From Clostridiales bacterium (GTDB taxonomy: Bacteria > Bacillota > Clostridia > Christensenellales > Aristaeellaceae): a stretch of 64,000 nucleotides of DNA. Made by a program: the position numbers and the translations under genes. Every line of letters begins with the position of its first letter. Position 1 is the stretch's first letter. The notes under the pieces are model-generated. The model was not told the origin of the DNA and did no database searches. It saw only the letters and a list, made by a program, of their open reading frames with translations. Positions 1 through 8,653 of this stretch are shown here, in pieces. The stretch is taken from the NCBI GenBank assembly GCA_022787165.1, contig JALFVL010000004.1, forward strand, positions 192,425 through 256,424, given 5' to 3'.

Positions 1-196
1 CCGCGATCTCCGCGCGGATACCGGCTGCCGCAGCCGCCTCACGCAGCCGGGATGCGCCCTCGCTGCGCTCGCTCTGGCTGGAGAGCAGCAGGCGCAAGCA
101 GCGTCCGGTGGCGTTTTTCAGGCATTCCGTCGCCGGAAAGATGCCCGGCGCGTAGGAATAGTCAAGCGTCTTGTCATAAGCCTCAAGTTTGCCCAT
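1..196 (-). CDS. 5' part of a TrmH/SpoU-like RNA methyltransferase gene (runs off the left window edge)
   Basis: Manual minus-strand translation from ATG at 196: MGKLEAYDKTLDYSYAPGIFPATECLKNATGRCLRLLLSSQSERSEG..., open to position 1. GAAAGGG RBS just upstream. Absent from the ORF track because no stop lies in the window. Family call rests on N-terminal resemblance only. Confidence 0.4.
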   Translation of the reverse strand, partial: MGKLEAYDKTLDYSYAPGIFPATECLKNATGRCLRLLLSSQSERSEGASRLREAAAAAGIRAEIA

Positions 197-377
197 CGTT
201 TCGCCCTTTCCGGTCGCAGAGTTTCTGCACAATCAACCATCTTGAAATTATAGCAGAAAACACCGTGATCTTCAAGCGTCGGCCCGGAATTCAAACAGTC
301 GTTCTGAAAAAACATGCCATACCGCACAAATTCCCCCGTTTTTTCCATGCCCGGATTGACTGTTTTGGAATCCCGTC

Positions 378-406
378 TTGCATGTCGGCGGGTTTTCGCT
401 TATAAT
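378..406 (+). promoter_or_regulatory. sigma-A-type promoter of the activase/dehydratase-like pair
   Basis: TTGCAT (378-383), 17 nt spacer, TATAAT (401-406). It gives a ~115 nt leader containing the perfect palindrome GAAGCCGCCGGCGGCTTC (452-469). Confidence 0.55.
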
Positions 407-522
407 GTCATGTTGACGAAAGCTGCTTTTTGCAGACCATCTGCCGCCCGCGAAGCCGCCGGCGGCTTCCATAGAGACACCCGATGGCAGCGCCCCGTGC
501 GCCCGCCAGGAAAGGATCGCGC

Positions 523-3483
523 ATGTTACCCGATACGCTATTGAGAATTGGCCTGGACATCGGCTCCACCACCATCAAGTGCGTCGTGCTCAATGAAAAG
601 GACGAAATCGTCTATTCCTGCTACGACCGCCATTATTCCCTCATCACGCAGAAGACACGCGAACTGCTCACGCGCCTTGACGAGGAAATCGTCCACGGCC
701 AGAGCGTCCGCCTGAGCATTTCCGGCTCCGCCGGTATGGGTCTGGCCCTCGGCTCGCATATCCCGTTTGTCCAAGAGGTCTACGCGACCAAGGTCGCGGC
801 CGATCTGCTGCTGCCGGGGACGGACGTCATCATCGAGCTGGGTGGCGAGGACGCCAAAATCCTCTTCCTCAAGGGAACGCTCGAGGTGCGCATGAATGGC
901 TCCTGCGCGGGCGGCACCGGCGCGTTCATCGACCAGATGGCGACGCTGCTGAGCATTTCCCCTGCCGAAATGAACGAGGAGGCCCGCCACGCGGAGCGCA
1001 CCTACACCATCGCCTCCCGCTGCGGCGTATTCGCCAAGACGGACGTGCAGCCCCTGCTCAACCAGGGCGCCAAGCGCGCGGATGTTGCGCGCTCCATCTT
1101 CATGGCCGTCGTCAATCAGACCATCGCAGGCCTCGCGCAGGGACGCCCGATCGAGGGCAAGGTCGTCTATCTCGGCGGCCCGCTGACCTTCCTGAGCGAG
1201 CTGCGCGCCTGCTTCGACGAGACGCTCGGCATGACCGGCCTCTGCCCGGAGAATTCGCTGCTCTTTGTCGCCCTGGGCGCGGCGCATCATGCTGCGGAGC
1301 CGATGCTGCTCTCCGATTGCATTGAGGCCATCGACGCCTTCCACAGCACGGAGAGCTACAACGCCCTGCCCCCGCTGTTTGAAAGTGAGGAGGCGCTGCG
1401 CGCCTTCCGCGAGCGCCATGCCCGTGCGAAGGTTGGCCGCCGCGATCCAACGTGCTACGCGGGCAACGTCTATGTCGGCATCGACTCCGGCTCCACGACC
1501 ATCAAGTCCGTCGTCATCTCGCAGGAGGGCGAGCTGCTGATGACGCGCTATCAGTCAAATTCCGGCGATCCCGTGCCGCATGTCCGTCAGTTTTTGACTG
1601 ACCTGCGCACGGAGCATCCCGACTGGCAGCTCTGCGCAGGCGCTGTCACGGGCTACGGCGAGGATCTGATCCGCAGCGCCTTCGGCGTCGACTTCGGCCT
1701 GGTGGAAACCGTCGCGCATTTCACGGCGGCGCGCGCCTTCATGCCCGACGTCGACTTCATCATCGATATCGGCGGCCAGGACATCAAGTGCTTCAAGATC
1801 CACAACGGCGTCATCGACAATATCTTCCTCAACGAGGCCTGCTCCTCCGGCTGCGGCTCCTTCCTGCAGACCTTTGCCAACGCGCTGGGCTACGACATCG
1901 GCGAATTCGCGCAGCTGGGCCTCGCCTCCCGCAAGCCTGTCGACCTCGGTTCCCGCTGCACGGTCTTCATGAATTCCTCCGTCAAGCAGGCGCAGAAGGA
2001 CGGCGCGGACGTGACCGACATCTCCGCCGGTCTGTCGATCTCCGTCGTCAAGAACGCGCTCTACAAGGTCATCCGCTGCTCCGGTCCGCAGGAGCTGGGT
2101 ACGCATATCGTCGTGCAGGGCGGCACGTTCCTCAACGACGCCGTGCTGCGCGCGTTTGAAAACGAGCTTGGCGTCGACGTCGTGCGGCCGGACATCGCCG
2201 GATTGATGGGCGCCTACGGCGCCGCGCTCCACGCCAAAGCGCAGCGCGCGCTGCATCCGGGCGAGAGCACGGTGCTCAGCCTCGAGGCGCTCGCCTCCTT
2301 TACCCATGAGGTCAAGCAGACGCGCTGCGGCCTGTGCGAGAACCACTGCCGCCTGACGGTCAACAGCTTCGGCGGCGGACGCCGCTTCATCAGCGGCAAC
2401 CGCTGCGACCGCCCCGTCTCCGGCGGACGACAGGACAGCGGGCTCAACCTCTACGCCTATAAGCAGGACAAGCTGCGCGCCATCATGGAGGACAGGCGCG
2501 AAAACGCCCCGCGCGGACAGATCGGATTGCCGCTGGGCCTGAACATGTATGAGCTTCTCCCCTTCTGGCATACGCTCCTGACCGAGCTGGGCTTTGACGT
2601 CGTCGTCTCCCCCTTCTCCAGCCGAAAGCTCTACATCGCCGGCCAGGCGACGATTCCGTCGGATACGGCCTGCTTCCCGGCCAAGCTGATGCACGGCCAT
2701 GTCGACGCGCTCATCTCGCAGGGCGTCAAGACCATCTTCTACCCCTGCATGAGCTACAACATCGACGAGCATCTGGGCGACAACCACTACAACTGCCCGG
2801 TCGTTGCCTACTATCCGGAGGTCATCTCCGCAAACATGCCCTCCGTGCGCGAGATCGATTTCATTCACGACTATGTCGGCATCGACCATCGCCACGAATT
2901 CCCCAAAAAGCTCTTCGAGATTCTCAAGAAGCACTTCCCCGATCTGACGCTCAGGGAGGTCCGCCGCGCCAGTGACGCCGCCTACGACGCCTACAGTGCC
3001 TATATGACCGACATCCGCCGCAAGGGCGAGGAGATGGTTGAGCAGGCGCGCGCGCAGGGCCGGCGCATCATCGTGCTCGTCGGCCGCCCGTACCACGTCG
3101 ATCCCGAGGTCAACCACGGCATCGACCGCCTGATCGCCGGCTTCGGCGCGGCGGTCGTCACGGAGGATTCCCTCTCCTGCTACATGCACAAGGAGCCCGT
3201 CGGCGTGCTCAACCAGTGGACCTACCACTCGCGCCTGTACGCCAGCGCGCGCTACATCACCTCCCAGCCGGATATGAATCTCGTTCAGCTGGTGTCCTTC
3301 GGCTGCGGCGTCGACGCCATCACGACCGATGAGGTGCGCGAGATTCTCGAATCCAGAGGCAAGATCTACACGCAGATCAAGATCGACGAGATCACGAATC
3401 TCGGCGCGGTGCGCATCCGCCTGCGTTCCCTGTTCGCCGCCATCGAGCAGCAGCAGGCCCTCGCCTCTTCCGAAAAGGAGTGA
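523..3483 (+). CDS. Tandem BcrA/BadF/HgdC-type activase ATPase (two repeats) fused to an HgdA/B-like dehydratase-component domain
   Basis: ORF 484..3483, start moved to ATG 523 (GGAAAGGA RBS 6 nt upstream). Two actin-fold ATPase repeats (LDIGSTTIKCVV and GIDSGSTTIKSVV) each keep both cluster-ligand Cys contexts (NGSCAGGTGAF/SRCGVFAKTD and NEACSSGCGSF/SRCTVFMNSS). The C-terminal ~390 aa carry CFPAK, NCPVVAYYPE and SFGCGVDA. Confidence 0.85.
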   Translation: MLPDTLLRIGLDIGSTTIKCVVLNEKDEIVYSCYDRHYSLITQKTRELLTRLDEEIVHGQSVRLSISGSAGMGLALGSHIPFVQEVYATKVAADLLLPGTDVIIELGGEDAKILFLKGTLEVRMNGSCAGGTGAFIDQMATLLSISPAEMNEEARHAERTYTIASRCGVFAKTDVQPLLNQGAKRADVARSIFMAVVNQTIAGLAQGRPIEGKVVYLGGPLTFLSELRACFDETLGMTGLCPENSLLFVALGAAHHAAEPMLLSDCIEAIDAFHSTESYNALPPLFESEEALRAFRERHARAKVGRRDPTCYAGNVYVGIDSGSTTIKSVVISQEGELLMTRYQSNSGDPVPHVRQFLTDLRTEHPDWQLCAGAVTGYGEDLIRSAFGVDFGLVETVAHFTAARAFMPDVDFIIDIGGQDIKCFKIHNGVIDNIFLNEACSSGCGSFLQTFANALGYDIGEFAQLGLASRKPVDLGSRCTVFMNSSVKQAQKDGADVTDISAGLSISVVKNALYKVIRCSGPQELGTHIVVQGGTFLNDAVLRAFENELGVDVVRPDIAGLMGAYGAALHAKAQRALHPGESTVLSLEALASFTHEVKQTRCGLCENHCRLTVNSFGGGRRFISGNRCDRPVSGGRQDSGLNLYAYKQDKLRAIMEDRRENAPRGQIGLPLGLNMYELLPFWHTLLTELGFDVVVSPFSSRKLYIAGQATIPSDTACFPAKLMHGHVDALISQGVKTIFYPCMSYNIDEHLGDNHYNCPVVAYYPEVISANMPSVREIDFIHDYVGIDHRHEFPKKLFEILKKHFPDLTLREVRRASDAAYDAYSAYMTDIRRKGEEMVEQARAQGRRIIVLVGRPYHVDPEVNHGIDRLIAGFGAAVVTEDSLSCYMHKEPVGVLNQWTYHSRLYASARYITSQPDMNLVQLVSFGCGVDAITTDEVREILESRGKIYTQIKIDEITNLGAVRIRLRSLFAAIEQQQALASSEKE

Positions 3484-3487
3484 TTCC

Positions 3488-4828
3488 ATGCCCAGCGAAC
3501 ACGTCGAATTTACCCGGGAAATGCGCGAGGCCGGCTACACCATCCTCGTGCCCAACATGCTCGAGTTCCATTTTTCGCTTCTGGAGAAGGTGCTGCGCCT
3601 GAACGGTTACAACGTCGAGGTGCTGCACAACAGCGGCCAGAGCGTCAAGGACGAGGGCCTCAAATACGTCCACAATGACACCTGCGTGCCCGCGCTGCTG
3701 GTCATCGGCCAGTTCATCGACGCGCTGCACTCCGGCAAATATGACCTGAACCGCGTCGCCCTCGCCATCACGCAGACGGGCGGCGGGTGCCGCGCCAGCA
3801 ACTACATCCATCTGCTGCGCAAGGCGCTCAAGAAGGCCGGTCTTGCGCATATTCCCGTCATCTCGATCAACATGAGCGGCCTGGAGAGCAGCTCCGGTTT
3901 CAAGCTGACCCTTCCGCTGATCCGTCAGGTCATTGCCTCTTTGATCTATGGCGACTGCATCATGCACGTCTCCAACCAGACCCGTCCCTACGAGCTGCAT
4001 GCGGGGGAAACCGACGCGCTCATCGAGCGCTGGAACGACGACCTGATCGCGCAGTTCAACCGCGGCCACGGCCTCTCCCAGAAAGAAATGAAGGTCAACC
4101 TGCAGAGGATCGTCTCGGACTTTGACGCCATCGAGCGCAGCCGCGAGATCAAGACGCGCGTGGGCGTGGTCGGCGAGATCTACGTCAAGTATTCTCCGCT
4201 GGGCAACAACGATCTGGAGCGCTTTCTGCGCACGCAGGATTGCGAGTTCATGGTGCCCGGCGTCATGGGCTTCATCCTCTTCAAGATCGACAATCGCATC
4301 GAGGACATCCATCTCTACGGGGGAAATGTGCTCAAGCTCTTCTTCTGCAAGGCGCTGCTCCACTATGTGCAGCGCATGGAGCGCATCCTGATTGACGCCA
4401 TCGCCGCGCATCCCGCGTTCGTTCCGCCGTCCCCGTTCGCGCATACGAAGACGCTCGTGCGCGACGTCATCGGCTACGGCTGCAAGATGGGCGAGGGCTG
4501 GCTGCTGACGGCGGAGATGCTTGAGCTCGCCGAAAACGGCTATGAGAACATCATCTGCGCGCAGCCGTTCGGCTGTCTGCCCAACCACATCTGCGGCAAG
4601 GGCATGATCCGCCGCCTGACGCAGGTGCATCCCGGCATCAACATTGTGCCCATCGACTACGATCTCTCGGCCACGAAGGTCAACCAGGAGAACCGCATCC
4701 GTCTGATGCTCGCCGTCGCCCATGATACCGACGCCAAGCGCCAGCAGCAGGAGCTGCTCATCGCGCAGGACGAGCGCGAGGCTGCCTGCGGCGGAGACTG
4801 CGAGGCCTGCAAGGCGAAGGTCGGCTGA
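3488..4828 (+). CDS. 2-hydroxyacyl-CoA dehydratase/benzoyl-CoA reductase component-like protein (partner subunit) with Cys-rich C-terminal tail
   Basis: ORF 3329..4828 trimmed to ATG 3488 (AAGGAG at 3475-3480; upstream stop at 3481-3483). Motifs NDTCVPALL, QTGGGCRASNY, CAQPFGCLPNH. Tail is EREAACGGDCEACKAKVG. Confidence 0.8.
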   Translation: MPSEHVEFTREMREAGYTILVPNMLEFHFSLLEKVLRLNGYNVEVLHNSGQSVKDEGLKYVHNDTCVPALLVIGQFIDALHSGKYDLNRVALAITQTGGGCRASNYIHLLRKALKKAGLAHIPVISINMSGLESSSGFKLTLPLIRQVIASLIYGDCIMHVSNQTRPYELHAGETDALIERWNDDLIAQFNRGHGLSQKEMKVNLQRIVSDFDAIERSREIKTRVGVVGEIYVKYSPLGNNDLERFLRTQDCEFMVPGVMGFILFKIDNRIEDIHLYGGNVLKLFFCKALLHYVQRMERILIDAIAAHPAFVPPSPFAHTKTLVRDVIGYGCKMGEGWLLTAEMLELAENGYENIICAQPFGCLPNHICGKGMIRRLTQVHPGINIVPIDYDLSATKVNQENRIRLMLAVAHDTDAKRQQQELLIAQDEREAACGGDCEACKAKVG

Positions 4829-4844
4829 TATTCCATGATGCGCC

Positions 4845-4879
4845 AAACCCCTGAACATGCACATGTTCAGGGGTTTTTA
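4845..4879. terminator. Bidirectional intrinsic terminator between convergent genes
   Basis: AAACCCCTGAACATG-CA-CATGTTCAGGGGTTTTT: a 12-bp perfect stem flanked by an A-run and a T-run. Confidence 0.8.
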
Positions 4880-4971
4880 ACTGGCCTTTATATGGATTTA
4901 TGCTGTTCTCAAATCAATTCGAGCTTTCAGAGCATCCACCGTCAGGTCACGTTTTGCAGAGCAAGCCCGCC

Positions 4972-6081
4972 TCATCCGTGCGTCATGCATTCGCCGGGCA
5001 CAAAGCCCCAGACGGTCTTCCCGTCCGGCGTCTTTACTGCGATGAGTTCCCAGTCCCTGCCCAGAAAGGCCTTATGACGGACGGCCGTGCCCTGCTTCAG
5101 CTGCAAAATCGCCTCGCCACTGCCCATTGGGTCATCGGTCAGCGCGCAGTCTTGCACAATCTCCTGTTCATCGTCGTGGAGGATGAGCTCCGGCACGCGG
5201 GCGCCCCGCGGCAGAGCGGAGGCCCCGATCCAGCCGATGCGCAGGCGCGTGTCATCGATGCGGTACTGAATCAGCAGCCAGCCGTCGTATTGCCCAAAGA
5301 CCTGAATCCATCCGTTTGTGCCGACGGCGCCTTTCCCCTCTCCGCTGCGCGGATACCCTTCGCCAGGGCCTTCATGGACAGGGAACGACCTTCCTGCATA
5401 AAACCGGATGGGCTTTCCAAAGAGCGTGTTCCAGTCGCCGCGGAAGCAACAATATCCCGGCGGCACGTCCGCGTCCGCCTCCGCCGCCTCCAGCGTCTTG
5501 GGCAGCGCCTCAAAGTCCGTGTAGCGCAGCGCGTCGAGCAGGATTCCCTGTACGCTTCCAATCTCCTCGTCCCGGTCGATGCTGTGATACCTCAGCGTGT
5601 GATCCGCGCTGACAGCGGCGCTTTCGCAGCCCACGCGCCTGTCCATGTAGCCCGTCAAGCGAAAATCCCCGTCCCGCCAGACGAAGGAGACGCTCTTCAT
5701 CCAGTATTCCTCGTGCTCCGGGTCGATGAGAGCCATCATAAAGCCCGGCTCCTCCTCATCGGCGCGCAGCAGCGCGATGCCCTCGTCCTGCGGCAGCGCC
5801 TGCTCCGTGATGTAGAGCCTGTCCTCGTTCTCCATCTCGGTCACGTCGTAGACGAGCAGCCGCCGCACGCCATTCTCCCAGAGCATCAGCAAGCCGATTC
5901 TTCTCTCCGGTGTGCGCACCTGCGCGTAATCCTCGATTTCGGCATCCGGATACAGCCATTCCGCCTCAAACGCCACCTGTGAGGGAACCGGATCGGTCAG
6001 CGTGCCCGTTCCCTCCGCCATCGCCGCGGCTAGCCCCAGCCAAAGCGCGGCAGCCAGCAGCCCCGCCAGCATTCTCCTCAT
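4972..6081 (-). CDS. Secreted hypothetical protein (signal peptide, SH3b-like C-terminal region)
   Basis: ORF 4972..6144 trimmed to ATG 6081 (GGGGAGG RBS 7 nt upstream). N-terminus MRRMLAGLLAAALWLGLAAAMAEG. C-terminal GWIQVFGQYDGWLLIQY...GWIGASAL pattern. No catalytic motif recognised. Confidence 0.6.
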   Translation of the reverse strand: MRRMLAGLLAAALWLGLAAAMAEGTGTLTDPVPSQVAFEAEWLYPDAEIEDYAQVRTPERRIGLLMLWENGVRRLLVYDVTEMENEDRLYITEQALPQDEGIALLRADEEEPGFMMALIDPEHEEYWMKSVSFVWRDGDFRLTGYMDRRVGCESAAVSADHTLRYHSIDRDEEIGSVQGILLDALRYTDFEALPKTLEAAEADADVPPGYCCFRGDWNTLFGKPIRFYAGRSFPVHEGPGEGYPRSGEGKGAVGTNGWIQVFGQYDGWLLIQYRIDDTRLRIGWIGASALPRGARVPELILHDDEQEIVQDCALTDDPMGSGEAILQLKQGTAVRHKAFLGRDWELIAVKTPDGKTVWGFVPGECMTHG

Positions 6082-6153
6082 GCAAAAACCTCCCCTACGT
6101 CGTTCTCTATCCATAAGACGACGCAAGAGAGGAAAAACTTGCATGGTTTCGCA

Positions 6154-6738
6154 TCAGAAGTTTTGCCAGAACAGCCCGTCCCGGCTGCATCCGATGTAGA
6201 GTCTGCCATGCCCCATGCGCGGCAGACGCGTCTCCGCCTCCTGCTCGGGATAGAGCCTCACAAGCGTCACGCGGTCATAGCCGACCTGAGCGATGAAGCG
6301 GATGTGATGCGCCTTGCTCATCTCATGCGCAAGGGAGACATAGGTTTCCCCGTCCATCGCCTCCAGAGCGGGCGCATGCGCCTCGTCGCAGGGCTGCATG
6401 GGCATCGCCTCCAGCCTGCGCCCGCAGCAGTCAACCTCCGCCTCGCCCGTTGCCGTCATCACGTTGCCGCACACCGGGCAGCTGTAAAAACGAATTCTCT
6501 TCATGTTGCCTCCGTCCCGTTCACTCCCGCGAAGCTCTCCTGAAAGGATGCTCTCCACGCTCACCTGAAATACGTCTGCCAGCGCCGGCAGCATCGAAAG
6601 ATCCGGGCAGCCCTGCCCACGCTCCCACTTGCTGACGGCCTTGTCCGTCACATGCAGGCACTCCGCCAGAGCGGCCTGCGTGAGCCCCTGCTCCATGCGC
6701 AGCGCACGGATCAGCGCGCCCGTCTTTTCTGCGTCCAT
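6154..6738 (-). CDS. XRE-family HTH regulator fused to a desulfoferrodoxin (2Fe-SOR)-like module
   Basis: ORF 6154..6789 trimmed to ATG 6738 (GGGAGG RBS). N-terminus LRMEQGLTQAALAECLHVTDKAVSKWERG is an HTH_3-type motif. This is followed by a desulforedoxin-like YSCPVCGNVMTATGEAEVDCCG, then EAHAP, AHEMSKAHHIRFI and YIGCSRDGLFW, which align to SOR centre II (EKHVP, AHPMEEKHWIEWI, YCNLHGHW). Confidence 0.8.
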   Translation of the reverse strand: MDAEKTGALIRALRMEQGLTQAALAECLHVTDKAVSKWERGQGCPDLSMLPALADVFQVSVESILSGELRGSERDGGNMKRIRFYSCPVCGNVMTATGEAEVDCCGRRLEAMPMQPCDEAHAPALEAMDGETYVSLAHEMSKAHHIRFIAQVGYDRVTLVRLYPEQEAETRLPRMGHGRLYIGCSRDGLFWQNF

Positions 6739-6780
6739 GGTTCTTCGCCTCCCTGTGTTCATGATACAGGAAAACGCCCC

Positions 6781-6821
6781 AAAACACAAGAAACGGAACG
6801 TAGAGCTGCCTCCCGTTCCGT
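6781..6821 (-). terminator. Probable terminator after era
   Basis: Minus strand ACGGAACG-13 nt loop-CGTTCCGT followed by TTCTTGTGTTTTG. The stem is only 8 bp. Confidence 0.4.
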
Positions 6822-6828
6822 TCGGTAT

Positions 6829-7728
6829 TCAGGTGCTTTCGTAGCCCAGCGTCCGCAGGTCGTCCATGCGGTTGCGCCAATCCTCGCGGATCTTGACCCA
6901 AAGCTGCAAATTGACCTTCGTCCCCAGCAGGTTTTCGATGTCGCGCCGCGCCTCGGAGCCGATGGTGCGCAGCATCGCCCCCTGCTTGCCGATGATAATG
7001 CCCTTGTGACTCGCGCGCTCACAGTAGATCGTCGCGTGAATCTCGGTGAGGCTGTCGCTGAGCCTGTTGATCGCCATCATCTCCACGCCGATGCCGTGGG
7101 GCACCTCGTCGCGCAGATGCAGCAGCGCCTTCTCACGGATAATCTCCGCGCAGATGACGCGCTCCGGCTGGTCAGTCATCATGTCGTCAGGGAAATACTT
7201 CGGCCCTTCCGGCAGGTAAGAGACGATCAGCTGCCTCAGTTCGTCCATGCCCCGGCCCGTCCTCGCGCTGATGGGCACGATTGCGTCATAGCCCGCGTCC
7301 GCAAAGGAGGCGATGGCGCTCATCGTGCGCGCCTCATCGACGAGATCGGTCTTGTTGAGCACGAGGATCTTCTTCACCCTGCGCCCCGCCATGTCGCTGA
7401 CGATGGCGCGGTCCTGCGCGCCGATCTCGCTGACATCCATCAGCACGAGCAGCACGTCGATGCCGTCCATCGCGTCCTCGACCGACTTGACCATATACTC
7501 CCCCAGCTTCGTGCGCGGCTTGTGCAGGCCCGGCGTGTCGAGGAAGACGATCTGCCAATCCTTGTCCGTCGCGACGCCCATGATGCGGTTGCGCGTCGTC
7601 TGCGGACGATTGCTGACGATGGCGACCTTCTCGCCGACCATCGCGTTCATCATCGTGGATTTGCCGACGTTCGGGCGGCCAACGATGGCGGCAAAGCCCG
7701 AGAGAAATTTTGCTTCTGTCTGATTCAT
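6829..7728 (-). CDS. era: GTPase Era
   Basis: GFAAIVGRPNVGKSTMMN (G1), DTPG (G3), NKTD (G4), C-terminal KH domain pattern. Sits in the conserved position after cdd. Confidence 0.97.
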   Translation of the reverse strand: MNQTEAKFLSGFAAIVGRPNVGKSTMMNAMVGEKVAIVSNRPQTTRNRIMGVATDKDWQIVFLDTPGLHKPRTKLGEYMVKSVEDAMDGIDVLLVLMDVSEIGAQDRAIVSDMAGRRVKKILVLNKTDLVDEARTMSAIASFADAGYDAIVPISARTGRGMDELRQLIVSYLPEGPKYFPDDMMTDQPERVICAEIIREKALLHLRDEVPHGIGVEMMAINRLSDSLTEIHATIYCERASHKGIIIGKQGAMLRTIGSEARRDIENLLGTKVNLQLWVKIREDWRNRMDDLRTLGYEST

Positions 7729-7736
7729 GTCCTACC

Positions 7737-8138
7737 TCAAATCGATGCGTCCAGAGACGATGGGCCAAACCCCTCGGGCAAAAGCTCGTTAAGCCCCGCC
7801 TCGCGGACATTGCCGTCCCAGGTCACAAGCACGCGCAGCTCGGGCGCGAACTCGTAAAGCGACTGGCGGCATGCGCCGCAAGGGAACGGCGCGGAGCCCT
7901 CCGCCGCAATGGCAATCGCAGTGAATTCCCGCACACCTTCGCTGACCGCCTTAAACAGCGCCGTACGCTCCGCGCACATGGTATTCCCGAATGCCGCGTT
8001 TTCCACGTTGCAGCCGGTAAATATGCGGCCATCCTTGGCCCGCAGCGCCGCGCCGACCCAATAATGCGAATAGGGCACATACGCAAAGCGCTTCATGTCC
8101 CTCGCCTTCTGCAAAAGCTCTTCGTCCTTCTCCGTCAT
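7737..8138 (-). CDS. cdd: Cytidine deaminase
   Basis: CAERTALF and PCGACRQ zinc-ligand motifs; 133 aa. Confidence 0.93.
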   Translation of the reverse strand: MTEKDEELLQKARDMKRFAYVPYSHYWVGAALRAKDGRIFTGCNVENAAFGNTMCAERTALFKAVSEGVREFTAIAIAAEGSAPFPCGACRQSLYEFAPELRVLVTWDGNVREAGLNELLPEGFGPSSLDASI

Positions 8139-8653
8139 GGAGCCGTCTCCTCCTCTTCCTCGCGTGTCAGGCCGATGGAAGCAAGCGATTTCTCCTCCAT
8201 CCCCCGCATCACGGGCTTGTCCGTGTCGGTCATGTGATCATAGCCCATCAGATGAAACAGGCCATGCGTGAGCAGATAGCCCGCCTCCCGGCGGACGCTG
8301 TGCCCGTATTCCTCCGCCTGCGCGCGGACGTGGTCCATCGAAATCACGATGTCTCCCAGCGCGCAATCCCCCGTCTCCGGATCATATTCCCGCAGAAGGC
8401 GCGCCTCGCAGCTGCCTGCCGTCCTGCCGGACGGATAGTTGACCGTGGGGAACGAGAGCACGTCCGTCGCCCGGTCAAGGCCCCTCTGCTCGCGGTTGAT
8501 CTCCCGAATCTGCGCGTCGCCAACAATCTCGACGAACACGCTGACGGGCACCGTCACGCCCTCCGTCCTCGCCGCCGCGTCAGCGCAGCGCTGCAAAAGC
8601 GCAAGATCCTCCGAAGAAAGCAGGCCGCGCTCATCCTCGATTTCCAATCTCAT
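8135..8653 (-). CDS. ybeY: rRNA maturation endoribonuclease YbeY
   Basis: HGLFHLMGYDH metal-binding motif. 4-nt overlap with cdd. Confidence 0.95.
   Translation of the reverse strand: MRLEIEDERGLLSSEDLALLQRCADAAARTEGVTVPVSVFVEIVGDAQIREINREQRGLDRATDVLSFPTVNYPSGRTAGSCEARLLREYDPETGDCALGDIVISMDHVRAQAEEYGHSVRREAGYLLTHGLFHLMGYDHMTDTDKPVMRGMEEKSLASIGLTREEEEETAP

Noticed and set aside
1555-3489. 644-aa minus-strand ORF
   Set aside because: It lies entirely antisense to the well-supported activase gene. Its composition is dominated by Ala, Gly, Arg, Asp and Val, with no motifs and no RBS. This is a typical high-GC shadow ORF.
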